Shown in pieces: positions 9,673-20,411 of a stretch of DNA of 62,849 bases (position 1 is the stretch's first letter; every line of letters starts with the position of its first letter). Both the position numbers and the translations under genes were made by a program. The DNA lies in the NCBI GenBank assembly GCA_977020255.1, contig CDROCS010003840.1, positions 310,001 through 372,849 of the forward strand. The letters are read 5' to 3'. Source of the DNA: Obrimoposthia wandeli. Taxonomy: Eukaryota. The notes under the pieces were generated by a model. That model had not been told where the DNA came from, did not search any database, and saw only the letters and a program-made list of their open reading frames with translations.

Positions 9673-10311
9673 TTAGCTTTGATCATACCAGAGCTGGTTT
9701 GATAGCACTTTTATCATTTGGGCGGTGGCCCCCCAAATTGAATAATTGCTGAATGGAATTGAATAAATATTGTGTAATTGGCCATTTATTTGAAACTGCT
9801 GACTGTGCATATTCACTGGGTTTAATAAGTATTGAATTGGCACTTCAAATAACTCATCAACTTCGCTAGGGTCAAGCCTTGGCTGGTAATCTGCTGAAAT
9901 TGTTGAAAGGAATGGTGTCACCATATACCCACTAATTGTAGGCAGAGAAGGTAGCTGCCCAAGTATATGATTTCGGCTGCATAATATTCCAGTTTCTTCT
10001 TCTGTTTCACGGAGGGCGGTAGCAACTAAATCTTGATCGAAACTTTCGTGTCGACCGCCAGGGAAGGCAATTTGACCAGGATGATGTTTTAAGTGGTTTG
10101 CACGGCGAGTGAATACAATATTGTATGTATTATTGCGGGGAACAAGAGGGATCAGCACAGCCGCAGGCTTAAAAGTATCTGTAGCAGATACATGCTGGCG
10201 TACACGCTCATTATGACTTTTGTCATAATCCGTGGTTGGCGCAAGCATAAAGCGGCTTAATATTTGTTGCTGGCTAATCATAAACTGTCCGTGTTTACTG
10301 TAACTGCTCAT
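9673..10311 (-). CDS. nudL: CoA pyrophosphatase, Nudix family (NudL/YeaB-like)
   Basis: AAVLIPL, HPGQIAFPGG...ALRETEEETG Nudix box, IWGATA; downstream of pabB. Confidence 0.88.
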   Translation of the reverse strand: MSSYSKHGQFMISQQQILSRFMLAPTTDYDKSHNERVRQHVSATDTFKPAAVLIPLVPRNNTYNIVFTRRANHLKHHPGQIAFPGGRHESFDQDLVATALRETEEETGILCSRNHILGQLPSLPTISGYMVTPFLSTISADYQPRLDPSEVDELFEVPIQYLLNPVNMHSQQFQINGQLHNIYSIPFSNYSIWGATAQMIKVLSNQLWYDQS

Positions 10312-10393
10312 CTTGTTAGCAATGAACGAGATTTAAGCAGCTACAATATTACTATTCCAAGTCGTTTGGTAATAGAGTAGTCAATAAAATAGA

Positions 10394-11818
10394 CTATCGC
10401 CTCAATATTGGCAGGATTCTACTTAGTTTGTCCAGTGTTTCCTGATATTCACTGTCAGATTTGCTATCTGCAACCACTCCACCACCAGCCCAAGCGTATA
10501 TTTTCTGTTCTTGAGTGACTAACGTTCGTATCGTAATACTCGTGTCCATGCGACCACAGCGACTGATATAACCGATGCTGCCACAATAGATACTACGGCG
10601 ATGCGGTTCTAATTCCTCAATTATAGACATAGCCCGTACTTTAGGGGCGCCAGTAATCGAACCTCCGGGGAAACAAGCACGTAATAAATCCGTTGCCGAG
10701 TACTGTTGGTCAAGTTCGCCTGTTACCGTGCTAACCAAGTGATGAACAGCGGGGAAACTTTCGATTTCAAAAATGCTGGGTACTTTGACACTACCGGGTT
10801 TCGCCACTCGTCCAATATCATTTCGTAGCAAATCAACAATCATTACATTTTCTGAACGATCTTTTTCAGCATGGCGTAAATCTTCGGCATAGGCTTGGTC
10901 TTGCGCTACATTGTCTGATCGTGGGCGCGTACCTTTGATCGGCTTCGTTTCAATGTAACCTTGGTTATGTTGTAGAAAACGTTCTGGTGACACAGACAAG
11001 ACAGTGCCGTGCTCTGTGCGGATAAAACCAGAGAAAGGCGCACCATTCGTTTGCTCTAAACGTAAGTAAGCTTGCCATTCATCACCGCTATAAGAAGCCT
11101 GAAAACGTTGTGCAAGGTTAATTTGATAACAATCACCAGAGAGTAAATACTCTTGGACTTGATCAAACTTGTTGCAATAACTGTCAATAGTCATGTTTGC
11201 AGACCAATCAGTTGTTAGTGCAAAGTGTTCAGCTTGTTGAGATACGTTGTTTTCGTGCTGCGTTAAGCTGTTTTCTTTGTGCTGTTTTAGCCATTCTAAA
11301 CGTTGACTGCCAGAAGGAGAGATCAAAAAGAGCGTCTGTTCTTGGTGATCAGCAATCAATGCCCAATCATAAATACCCACAGCCATATCTGGTGCTGAAA
11401 TGTCGTGTTCAGCCAGTGAGGCAATTTTTTCAACCCGTCGACCTAGATCATACGCAAAATAACCCAATGCGCCACCGATAAATGGCACATCAGTCATAGG
11501 GTTAAGTGAGGGTAATAGATCTTGTTGAATATGCTGTAATAGATGGAATGGATCATCAGTGCTTGTTTCTTCATCACCATTTGAAAACTTAATACGAGTT
11601 ATTTCACCTTGTGTCTCTAAAGTGGCTAAAGGATCAGCAACTAGAATATCAAAGCGATTATCTGGATGATTATTGGCAGCAGAACGTAATATCATCGCCC
11701 ATGGCAGACTAGATAATGGTGAAAACCACTCAAGAGTCATTTCTGGACTGTAATCAAGTTGCTCAATGCTTAGTTTGGGATGTGATTTACAAATCATTTT
11801 CTTTTTTGTGACAGGCAT
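10394..11818 (-). CDS. pabB: Aminodeoxychorismate synthase component I
   Basis: GDCYQINLAQR, SVSPERF, TKPIKGTRPR, NVMIVDLLRND, FPGGSITGAPK. Confidence 0.93.
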   Translation of the reverse strand: MPVTKKKMICKSHPKLSIEQLDYSPEMTLEWFSPLSSLPWAMILRSAANNHPDNRFDILVADPLATLETQGEITRIKFSNGDEETSTDDPFHLLQHIQQDLLPSLNPMTDVPFIGGALGYFAYDLGRRVEKIASLAEHDISAPDMAVGIYDWALIADHQEQTLFLISPSGSQRLEWLKQHKENSLTQHENNVSQQAEHFALTTDWSANMTIDSYCNKFDQVQEYLLSGDCYQINLAQRFQASYSGDEWQAYLRLEQTNGAPFSGFIRTEHGTVLSVSPERFLQHNQGYIETKPIKGTRPRSDNVAQDQAYAEDLRHAEKDRSENVMIVDLLRNDIGRVAKPGSVKVPSIFEIESFPAVHHLVSTVTGELDQQYSATDLLRACFPGGSITGAPKVRAMSIIEELEPHRRSIYCGSIGYISRCGRMDTSITIRTLVTQEQKIYAWAGGGVVADSKSDSEYQETLDKLSRILPILRR

Positions 11819-12111
11819 TCAATTGGCGCGTAGCGCGAAGTTGAGCGCAAGGGTATCATAACCACAGCTTTTATTACGACGCCCAAGGACGATCCATCGC
11901 GTTTTATTTTCTAAAGGGTACACAGAAATAAAGTGAAATGGACATTTGCCATGTGGAGCATGGCCGCGTGATAGCGTTTTGAGGAGCCATATTGATTATA
12001 CGTATCAATATTACTACCGCTAATGAGAATCACACACTACATTGGACGTTTTTTTGTAGTGACGAATTAAAGCTGGGCGCCATGGAATTATAATAATTAA
12101 CGAGGGCAATT

Positions 12112-13620
12112 ATGACCGTCATCCGTAAAGAAGATGTGATTAGTAGTGTTGCTGATGCATTACAGTACATATCTTATTATCATCCACTTGATTTTGTTCA
12201 AGCATTGGAAAAAGCTTATAACAAAGAACAGAGTCAAGCTGCGAAAGATGCTATCGCACAGATTTTGATCAATTCACGTATGTCTGCAGAAGGTAAGCGT
12301 CCTATCTGTCAAGATACGGGTATTGTAACCTGTTTCGTTAAAATCGGTATGAATGTGCAGTGGGAGGGTGATCTTACTGTTCAGCAAATGGTCGATGAAG
12401 GTGTCCGTCAAGCTTATAACAACCCAGACAACCCCCTACGAGCGTCTGTTGTTGCTGATCCTGCTGGCGCGCGTAAAAATACGAAAGACAATACGCCAGC
12501 AGTTGTTCATATTGATATGGTGCCAGGTAATAAAGTTGATATTCAAATTGCAGCTAAAGGCGGCGGTTCTGAAAATAAAACAAAGATGGTGATGTTAAAC
12601 CCTTCTGATGATGTGGCTGAGTGGGTTGAAAAAACAGTGCCATTAATGGGCGCGGGTTGGTGCCCACCAGGTATGTTAGGCATAGGCATTGGTGGTACGG
12701 CTGAAAAAGCGGCAGTATTAGCAAAAGAGTCGTTGATGGAATCGATTGATATCCATGAGCTACAAGAGCGTGGCGCGCAAAACGCAGAAGAAGAACTACG
12801 TTTAGATATTTATAACCGTGTGAACAAGTTGGGTATCGGTGCACAAGGGCTGGGCGGATTAACAACAGTTGTTGATGTGAAAATTAAAACAGCGCCGACA
12901 CATGCTGCGTCTAAGCCTGTTTGCATGATTCCAAACTGTGCGGCTACGCGTCATGTTCACTTTACTCTCGATGGCACAGGCCCTGCTGAATTAACCCCAC
13001 CGAAGCTAGAAGATTGGCCAGAAGTGACATGGGAAGTCGGTGAGAGTGTTCGCCGTGTTAACGTTGATGAAATTACTAAAGCTGATGTTCAGGAATGGAA
13101 ATCAGGCGAAACGGTTTTATTGTCAGGTAAAATCTTAACAGGTCGTGATGCTGCGCATAAACGTATTCAAGATATGCTGGCTCGTGGCGAAGATTTCCCG
13201 GTAGATTTCAATAACCGCTTTATTTATTACGTGGGTCCAGTTGATGCAGTTGGTGATGAGGTTGTGGGTCCTGCTGGTCCTACAACGTCAACACGCATGG
13301 ATAAGTTCACCGATATGATGTTGGGCCAAGCTGGTTTAACTGGCATGATTGGTAAAGCTGAGCGTGGTCCTAAGGCGATTGAATCGATTAAAGAGCATAA
13401 AGCGGTTTATCTAATGGCTGTTGGCGGTGCTGCTTACTTGGTTGCGAAAGCGATTAAAAAAGCACGTATAGTCGCATTTGAAGATCTCGGTATGGAAGCT
13501 ATCTACGAATTTGAAGTTGAAGATATGCCAGTGACTGTTGCGGTTGATTCTGATGGGACGAATGCACACGAGACAGGCCCAGACACTTGGAAAGTCAAAA
13601 TAGCTGAAATGGATGCTTAA
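12112..13620 (+). CDS. fumA: Fumarate hydratase class I (Fe-S)
   Basis: RPICQDTG, AKGGGSEN, GAGWCPPG, GPTTSTRMD. Confidence 0.93.
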   Translation: MTVIRKEDVISSVADALQYISYYHPLDFVQALEKAYNKEQSQAAKDAIAQILINSRMSAEGKRPICQDTGIVTCFVKIGMNVQWEGDLTVQQMVDEGVRQAYNNPDNPLRASVVADPAGARKNTKDNTPAVVHIDMVPGNKVDIQIAAKGGGSENKTKMVMLNPSDDVAEWVEKTVPLMGAGWCPPGMLGIGIGGTAEKAAVLAKESLMESIDIHELQERGAQNAEEELRLDIYNRVNKLGIGAQGLGGLTTVVDVKIKTAPTHAASKPVCMIPNCAATRHVHFTLDGTGPAELTPPKLEDWPEVTWEVGESVRRVNVDEITKADVQEWKSGETVLLSGKILTGRDAAHKRIQDMLARGEDFPVDFNNRFIYYVGPVDAVGDEVVGPAGPTTSTRMDKFTDMMLGQAGLTGMIGKAERGPKAIESIKEHKAVYLMAVGGAAYLVAKAIKKARIVAFEDLGMEAIYEFEVEDMPVTVAVDSDGTNAHETGPDTWKVKIAEMDA

Positions 13621-13660
13621 TCTATAGCTATTACGTTGATTGATATTAATTTACTTTTTT

Positions 13661-13685
13661 AAAGGAGCCTATTGGCTCCTTTTTT
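13661..13685 (+). terminator. Intrinsic terminator after fumarase
   Basis: AAAGGAGCC-tatt-GGCTCCTTTTTT. Confidence 0.75.
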
Positions 13686-13793
13686 ATACGATTCGTATTG
13701 TATTGCGCCTCGTGATTTATTTGCTTCTGATTTTTACTGAATAAACCCTCCTTAAGATCGAATTTGCACCGTTAACTTGTTAACCTTCCCAAC

Positions 13794-13832
13794 TTTTCCT
13801 GTTTTCTTGTTTTTCTTGTTTTTCTTGTTTTT
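13794..13832. repeat. 9-bp tandem repeat (CTTGTTTTT)x3 plus a degenerate unit
   Basis: Exact units at 13806-13814, 13815-13823 and 13824-13832, preceded by CCTGTTTT. Confidence 0.8.
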
Positions 13833-14000
13833 TAGTGGCTTGTTGGCTTTTTGTTAGGGATTATTGGCTACACTACTTATTTGTAGGCTTTTATTAACGA
13901 ATGGAATTTAAGGCTCGTGTTGAGCTTTGGCTAATTTAGATAAAAATAAGATCAAGCATTAGGAATTGCCTAACAATTATTATAAAGATGGAGAGGTTTT

Positions 14001-15035
14001 ATGGGGCGCATAATAACAGCCACATTATTGTCATGTTTCATTTTGACAGGGTGTGGTGAAAAACAGCTGGAGGTTCCTGAACCGGATTCTCGACCAGTGA
14101 AATTACAAACCGTATTGGTCGGTGATAATCAAACATATCGTACATTCCCCGCAATTGTAGAAGCAGGAGATAAAGCGGTATTAGCTTTTCGTGTATCAGG
14201 TCAACTTTCATCGGTTGATGTAAAGCCGGGTACAGACGTTAAGCGAGGGCAAACACTTGCAACCTTGAATCAAGATGAATTTCTATTATTGGTTGAGCAA
14301 GCACAAGCAAACTATGAATTAGCGTATGTTCAATTTAAACGTGATGAAGAACTGCGTAAAACCAATGTCGTTTCAGAGCTTGATTATGACATTTCGAAAG
14401 CGGCATTGAAGCAAGCAAAAGCGGCATTAAGCAAGCAAAAATCTAACCTAGGTTATGCGACACTCGTTGCGCCTTATGATGGTACTTTATCGTTATCACT
14501 GATTGAAAACTATGAATATGTGATGATGAAGGAACCGGTTTTACATATTCAAAGCGCTGGTATCATTAATGTGACATTTCAATTGCCTGACCACCTGTTT
14601 AGTCGCTTTCAAGGCCAATACGACTCGAATCCAAATGTTATATTCGATACTATTCCCGGTGAAATATATCCTGCTCAATTTAAAGAAATAGATACAGAAG
14701 CAGATAAAAAAACATCGAGCTATACCGTTACTTTATCGATGGAGCGTCCAACAGGGAAAAATATTCTTCCTGGTATGGCGGGTGCAGTCAAAGTCTTAAT
14801 TCCGCAAGGTAATCTTGGTGCTATCTCTAAACGGGCCATCATGCAAGATGGAGATGCAACGTATGTTTGGTTTGTCGATAAAGACGGTATTGTTCATAAA
14901 AGGCAAGTTGAATTCGACGATAAAAGGCACGTAATTAAAGGCCTAAACGACGGTGATACCATCGCTACATCAGGTATTAATGAACTGCAAGAAGGCCAGA
15001 AAGTGCGGGCATGGATTAAAGAGCGAGGATTATAA
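14001..15035 (+). CDS. RND efflux periplasmic adaptor (MFP) 1, lipoprotein
   Basis: Lipobox LTGC; LAFRVSGQL lipoyl half-motif, APYDG, GLNDGD. Confidence 0.9.
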   Translation: MGRIITATLLSCFILTGCGEKQLEVPEPDSRPVKLQTVLVGDNQTYRTFPAIVEAGDKAVLAFRVSGQLSSVDVKPGTDVKRGQTLATLNQDEFLLLVEQAQANYELAYVQFKRDEELRKTNVVSELDYDISKAALKQAKAALSKQKSNLGYATLVAPYDGTLSLSLIENYEYVMMKEPVLHIQSAGIINVTFQLPDHLFSRFQGQYDSNPNVIFDTIPGEIYPAQFKEIDTEADKKTSSYTVTLSMERPTGKNILPGMAGAVKVLIPQGNLGAISKRAIMQDGDATYVWFVDKDGIVHKRQVEFDDKRHVIKGLNDGDTIATSGINELQEGQKVRAWIKERGL

Positions 15036-15036
15036 G

Positions 15037-16125
15037 ATGAGAAAACTGTCCTTTATCGTTCTAGCAATAGGATCTGCATTGGCTTTACAGGGGTGTGAAA
15101 AACCTGTCATCGAGAGTGTTCAACGTATTCAACCTGTTTATGTCGAGGACGTTGCATTAACGGAAGAAGCCCCTCAATTAACATTTCCAGCTATTGCTGC
15201 GGCAGCTGATAAATCGAGTTTATCTTTTAGGATCCAAGGTGAAATTACGCATATATACATAAGGCCTGGTGATTTTGTAAAAAAAGGGCAGTTATTAGCA
15301 GAGTTAGACCCCTTTGATTATCGATTAGAAGTCGATAATGCGCAGGCTAAATATAATGTGGCTGATAGTCAGTATCGACGTTCGGCAAAGTTAGTTGAAA
15401 ATGGATACATTGCCCAGTCACAATTTGATGAATTAAAAGCACAACGCCGTATTGAACGTGCAAGGTTGAATATCGCAAAACTGAATTTGAAATTTACACA
15501 AATTAAAGCTCCCTTTAATGGGGTTGTTTCTCGGGTACCGATAGAACAGTTTGAAAATGTACAAGCAGGCCAACAAGTCATGAATATTCACAGTGCTAAA
15601 ATGGTGGATATCCATATTCAAGCGCCTGATTTAATCTACTCAAAAAGTTCTGCTATTGATATTAATGTGTCAAAGCCTGACGCTAGAGTCATTACGTCAA
15701 ATGGTAGTGAGTATAAGGCAAGCCTTAAAGAGTTTACGACGGAACCCGATCCTGAGTCTGGGTCATTTCTTGTGACGTTAACCATGCCAATGCCTGCTGA
15801 TAACTTTATTTTAGACGGTATGGCTGTCGAAGTAAGAGCTGATGCTCAAAAGCTGAATATCTACAAAAAAGGCGATCCGGTTATTCCGTTGGAAGCCATT
15901 TTTAATGAAGACGGCGATGATTTAGTGCTTACCAATAAGTTTGTATGGGTCGTAAAAGACGACATGACGGTAGAAAAGCGTCGTATAACAACCGACAAAG
16001 TTGTACCAGAAGGTGTTCGAGTACAATCTGGAATAGAGCAGGGTGAAAAGATTGTTGTAGCGGGCGGTAATCGTTTACGTGCTGGACAGCAAATTACAAT
16101 CATTAGCATGGAGGCTGGACAATAA
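15037..16125 (+). CDS. RND efflux periplasmic adaptor (MFP) 2, lipoprotein
   Basis: Start at ATG 15037 (MRKLSF), lipobox LQGC; LSFRIQGEI, IKAPFNGVV. Confidence 0.9.
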   Translation: MRKLSFIVLAIGSALALQGCEKPVIESVQRIQPVYVEDVALTEEAPQLTFPAIAAAADKSSLSFRIQGEITHIYIRPGDFVKKGQLLAELDPFDYRLEVDNAQAKYNVADSQYRRSAKLVENGYIAQSQFDELKAQRRIERARLNIAKLNLKFTQIKAPFNGVVSRVPIEQFENVQAGQQVMNIHSAKMVDIHIQAPDLIYSKSSAIDINVSKPDARVITSNGSEYKASLKEFTTEPDPESGSFLVTLTMPMPADNFILDGMAVEVRADAQKLNIYKKGDPVIPLEAIFNEDGDDLVLTNKFVWVVKDDMTVEKRRITTDKVVPEGVRVQSGIEQGEKIVVAGGNRLRAGQQITIISMEAGQ

Positions 16126-19100
16126 TGAAGCAAGATATCGCAGCCTATTTTATAAAGAATAAAGTGGTTAGTTGGATGATTACGCTGATCTTCCTGATCG
16201 GCGGTACCATGGCTTTCTTCGGTTTAGGACGATTGGAAGATCCCGCGTTTACGATAAAAGACGCGATGGTGGTAACTGCGTACCCAGGTGCCACACCTCT
16301 TCAAGTTGAAGAAGAAGTTACCTATCCAATAGAAAAAGCGATTCAGCAGTTAACGTATGTTGATGAAGTTAACTCTGTATCAAGCCGAGGCTTATCGCAG
16401 ATCACCGTGACCATGAAAAACAATTATGGCCCTGATGATTTACCCCAAATTTGGGATGAATTGCGTCGGAAAGTAAATGATATCAGGCCCAGTTTACCGC
16501 CTGGCGTAGCTGATCCTTCAATTATTGATGATTTTGGTGATGTATTCGGCATTATGCTGGCGATCACAGGTGACGGGTATTCGTATAAAGAACTTAATGA
16601 CTATGTCGATTACTTTCGCCGAGAAATTGAGTTAGTTGATGGTGTTGGAAAGGTTTCAGTTTCGGGGACGCAGCAAGAACAAGTATTCATCGAAATTTCG
16701 ATGCAACGCTTGAGTAGTTTGGGTATCTCTCCACAGACAATCTACGGCACCTTGGCAACTCAGAATTTGGTAACCAGTGCGGGTGCAGTCAAAATAGGGA
16801 CGGAATATATTCGAGTTCACCCTACAGGTGAGTTCAAAGATGTTGATGCCCTTGGTGATTTAATTATTACGGATACAGGTGCTGAAGGGTTAATTTACTT
16901 ACGTGATGTTGCAACGATTACGCGTGGCTTTAAAGAGGTGCCCGATAACCTTGTAAGCTATAACGGTAAAGTTGCACTTAATGTGGGTGTGTCTTTCATT
17001 GATGGTGTGAACGTTGTAGAAAAAGGTAAGGGTGTTTACCAACGTTTAAATGAGTTAAAAGAACAGCAACCTATTGGTATTGATATTAGTGCTGTTTATA
17101 GCCAGCCTGATGAAGTCGATCAATCTGTAAAAGGATTTATTGTTAGCCTTGGTCAAGCGGTAGCGATTGTTATTGTGGTACTGCTTTTCTTTATGGGGCT
17201 GCGTTCAGGCATTTTAATCGGCCTGATCCTGTTGCTTACAGTATTGGGTACGTTTGTATTCATGAACATAATGGCCATAGATCTACAGCGTATTTCTTTG
17301 GGGGCATTGGTTATTGCGCTGGGTATGCTGGTGGATAATGCGATTGTAGTGGTCGAAGGCATTCTGATTGGAATCCAAAAAGGGCGAACAAGGATGCAAG
17401 CTGCATCCGATATTGTTACCCAAACCAAATGGCCGCTATTAGGGGCGACGGTGATTGCCGTAACAGCATTCGCACCGATAGGCTTATCTCAAGATTCTAC
17501 GGGTGAATATTGTGCAACGCTATTTAGCGTGTTGTTAATCTCACTCATGCTTAGTTGGTTTACTGCAATATCGTTGACGCCATTTTTTGCTGATATGTTC
17601 TTCAAAGGTGTTAAAAGTAATAGCGATGGAGAAGACAGTGATCCTTATAAAGGCCTTGTCTTTGTTTTATATAAGCAATCGCTAGAAAAATGCATGAAGT
17701 ACGCATGGACAACCGTGATCGTATTGATTGTGATGCTAGGTGCAAGCTTATATGGTTTTACGCAATTGAAGCAGTCGTTCTTTCCGTCATCAACAACACC
17801 CATGTTCATGGTCGATGTATGGTTACCTGAAGGCACCGATATTCGTTCAACGAACGACAAGCTACAAGAACTGGAAGGCTGGGTTAATCAGCAAGATACT
17901 GTCAGTTATGTCTCCTCAAGTGCTGGTAAAGGTTCTCAGCGTTTCATGTTGACCTATTCGCCAGAGAAGAGTTACTCGTCGTACGGTGAACTGATTATAC
18001 GTGTCGATAATTATGATGCAGTAATGCCGATGCTGGGTAAAGTGAGTGCTGAATTAGACGCTAACCACCCTGATATTGAATACAAACTCAAACGGATTGA
18101 GTTAGGCCCCTCATCGGGTTCTAAAATTGAAGCGCGTTTAGTGGGGCCCGATCCAACCGTTCTTCGTAGTTTAGCCCAGCAATCGCTTGATATAATGAGA
18201 GCAGATCCGGGGGCTTTCAACGTACGTCATGACTGGCGTGAACGTACGAAAGTGCTTGAACCTGTCTTCAACGAAAGCCAAGCACGTCGTTACGGTATAA
18301 CCAAAGAAGATGTTGATGATTTACTACAAATGGCATTTTCAGGTTTATCTGTCGGTATCTATCGTGACGGCACAAATTTAATGCCGATTGTTGCGCGTTT
18401 GCCTGAGCAAGAACGTGTTGATGTCAGTAGTATTGAAGGCATGAAGATTTGGAGCCCAGCGATTCAAGGTTATGTGCCTTTGCAGCAAGTGATGCTAGAC
18501 GTCAATGTTAAGTGGGAAGACCCGTTAGTGGTGCGCAAAAACCGTAAACGTATGCTAACCATTATGGCTGATCCTGATCCATTGGGAGATGAAACGGCTG
18601 CGACCCTGCAAGCTCGAATTCAACCAAAAATTGAAGCGTTAGATTTCCCATCTGGTTACTCACTAGAATGGGGCGGGGAATATGAATCATCGGCCGATGC
18701 CAAAGCATCGTTATTCCAAACAATGCCAATGGGTTATCTATTCATGTTCTTAATCACTATCTTCTTGTTTAACAAGGTGAAAGAGGCTGTGATTGTATGG
18801 GCAACTGTTCCGCTCGCTATTATTGGTGTAACAACAGGGTTACTTATCCTGAACACGCCGTTTGGCTTTATGGCGTTGCTTGGTTTCTTGAGTTTATCAG
18901 GCATGCTCGTCAAAAATGGTATTGTACTGCTTGATCAAATTGAGATTGAAATTAGCAGTGGTAAAGATAAATACGAAGCGGTAGTTGATGCGTCAGTGAG
19001 TCGTGTTCGTCCTGTGTGTATGGCGGCGATTACAACGGTATTGGGTATGATCCCTCTATTACCAGATGTGTTCTTTAAGCCAATGGCCGTTACCATCATG

Positions 19101-19193
19101 TTTGGTCTTGGATTTGCGACAGTACTAACTCTGATTGTTGTTCCAGTGTTATACCGCATGTTCCATCATCTTAAAGTACCAGAAGCGCTGTAG
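16125..19193 (+). CDS. RND efflux permease (AcrB/AcrD/AcrF family)
   Basis: 1022 aa; GMLVDNAIVVVE, GMLVKNGIVLLD, RVRPVCMAAITT proton-relay motifs. Confidence 0.95.
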   Translation: MKQDIAAYFIKNKVVSWMITLIFLIGGTMAFFGLGRLEDPAFTIKDAMVVTAYPGATPLQVEEEVTYPIEKAIQQLTYVDEVNSVSSRGLSQITVTMKNNYGPDDLPQIWDELRRKVNDIRPSLPPGVADPSIIDDFGDVFGIMLAITGDGYSYKELNDYVDYFRREIELVDGVGKVSVSGTQQEQVFIEISMQRLSSLGISPQTIYGTLATQNLVTSAGAVKIGTEYIRVHPTGEFKDVDALGDLIITDTGAEGLIYLRDVATITRGFKEVPDNLVSYNGKVALNVGVSFIDGVNVVEKGKGVYQRLNELKEQQPIGIDISAVYSQPDEVDQSVKGFIVSLGQAVAIVIVVLLFFMGLRSGILIGLILLLTVLGTFVFMNIMAIDLQRISLGALVIALGMLVDNAIVVVEGILIGIQKGRTRMQAASDIVTQTKWPLLGATVIAVTAFAPIGLSQDSTGEYCATLFSVLLISLMLSWFTAISLTPFFADMFFKGVKSNSDGEDSDPYKGLVFVLYKQSLEKCMKYAWTTVIVLIVMLGASLYGFTQLKQSFFPSSTTPMFMVDVWLPEGTDIRSTNDKLQELEGWVNQQDTVSYVSSSAGKGSQRFMLTYSPEKSYSSYGELIIRVDNYDAVMPMLGKVSAELDANHPDIEYKLKRIELGPSSGSKIEARLVGPDPTVLRSLAQQSLDIMRADPGAFNVRHDWRERTKVLEPVFNESQARRYGITKEDVDDLLQMAFSGLSVGIYRDGTNLMPIVARLPEQERVDVSSIEGMKIWSPAIQGYVPLQQVMLDVNVKWEDPLVVRKNRKRMLTIMADPDPLGDETAATLQARIQPKIEALDFPSGYSLEWGGEYESSADAKASLFQTMPMGYLFMFLITIFLFNKVKEAVIVWATVPLAIIGVTTGLLILNTPFGFMALLGFLSLSGMLVKNGIVLLDQIEIEISSGKDKYEAVVDASVSRVRPVCMAAITTVLGMIPLLPDVFFKPMAVTIMFGLGFATVLTLIVVPVLYRMFHHLKVPEAL

Positions 19194-19218
19194 TGTTTTA
19201 GGGCTTTATTTAAACAAT

Positions 19219-19248
19219 AAAAAGGGCTCCTGCAGGAGCCCTTTTTTT
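19219..19248 (+). terminator. Intrinsic terminator after the RND operon
   Basis: AAAAAGGGCTCC-tgca-GGAGCCCTTTTTTT. Confidence 0.8.
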
Positions 19249-19353
19249 ATCTGTATCTTTTTATCTGCATCTGCATATTGTCCTATCCTGAGATAGGTTT
19301 TTTGCTATCTATCGTTTTTAATATTAGCGACAGTGTCAATATTATGAGCAACG

Positions 19354-19373
19354 ACTTATGTAGAATGGTATTA
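19354..19373. repeat. Relic half-copy of palindromic repeat family B, overlapping the pyrC stop
   Basis: ACTTATGTAGAATGGTATTA versus ACTTATCCAGAATGGTATTA at 30153-30172 (18/20). Confidence 0.55.
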
Positions 19374-20399
19374 GATAACTTTCCATAACATTGCTTCGCC
19401 AGCACGGATTGGTACCACTTCATCGCCACCAAAGGCCATTGTTTCAGGCACGTTCCAGCTTTCTTTTTTGAGTGTAATGGTGTCTGTATTACGTGGAAGA
19501 TTATAAAAGTCAGGGCCATTAAAGCTTGAGAATGCTTCTAATTTATCTAAAGCGTCAGCGGCTTCGAATACTTCAGCATACAGCTCGATTGCCGCGTGCG
19601 CCGTGTAAGAGCCAGCGCAACCACAAGCTGATTCTTTACGCCCTTGTGCATGTGGCGCAGAGTCGGTACCTAAGAAAAATTTAGGACTGCCGCTTGTTGC
19701 TGCTTTAACCAGTGCGTCTTGGTGGATATTACGCTTTAGAATTGGTAAGCAATAGAAATGCGGGCGAATGCCACCGACTAACATATGGTTACGGTTAAAC
19801 ATGAGGTGATGAGCGGTAATCGTAGCCCCAACATTAGGGCCCGCATTTGTTACAAACTCAACGGCATCAGCTGTTGTGATATGTTCCAATACCATTTTAA
19901 GATCAGGAAATTGCTCAACAATCGGTGCTAAAACAGTTTCTAGAAATACTTTTTCACGGTCGAAAATATCGATATCGTGAGCGGTCACTTCACCATGAAT
20001 CAGTAGTGGCATACCTGCTTTTTGCATTGCTTGAAGTGCAGGGCGAATATGATCAATGGATGTTACGCCAGAATCTGAGTTGGTTGTTGCACCCGCAGGG
20101 TAAAGTTTGGCAGCGTATACATGACCAGATGCTTTGGCTTTATAGATTTCTTCAGCGGATGTATTGTCGGTTAAATAGATAACCATAAGAGGGGAGAAGT
20201 TGCCTTGAGGGCCTTGGGCAATAATACGTTCGCGGTAAGAAAGTGCAGATTCTGTATCAATAACGGGTGGGATCAAGTTAGGCATGATTATCGCTCGCCC
20301 CATATACCGGCTGATGTCACGAACGGTATCTTTTAATACGTCGCCATCGCGTAAATGCACATGCCAGTCGTCAGGACGTGTAATTGTAATCGTTGTCAT
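19371..20399 (-). CDS. pyrC: Dihydroorotase
   Basis: [34 protein letters not shown]; ATG at 20399 with SD GGGAGG. Confidence 0.97.
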   Translation of the reverse strand: MTTITITRPDDWHVHLRDGDVLKDTVRDISRYMGRAIIMPNLIPPVIDTESALSYRERIIAQGPQGNFSPLMVIYLTDNTSAEEIYKAKASGHVYAAKLYPAGATTNSDSGVTSIDHIRPALQAMQKAGMPLLIHGEVTAHDIDIFDREKVFLETVLAPIVEQFPDLKMVLEHITTADAVEFVTNAGPNVGATITAHHLMFNRNHMLVGGIRPHFYCLPILKRNIHQDALVKAATSGSPKFFLGTDSAPHAQGRKESACGCAGSYTAHAAIELYAEVFEAADALDKLEAFSSFNGPDFYNLPRNTDTITLKKESWNVPETMAFGGDEVVPIRAGEAMLWKVI

Positions 20400-20411
20400 A
20401 TTTTCTTCCCT

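Noticed and set aside
11992-12037. FNR-like TTGAT-N7-ATCAA and Fur-like GCTAATGAGAATCAC upstream of fumarase
   Set aside because: FNR needs N4 spacing; the Fur match is only 13/19 with a poor right half
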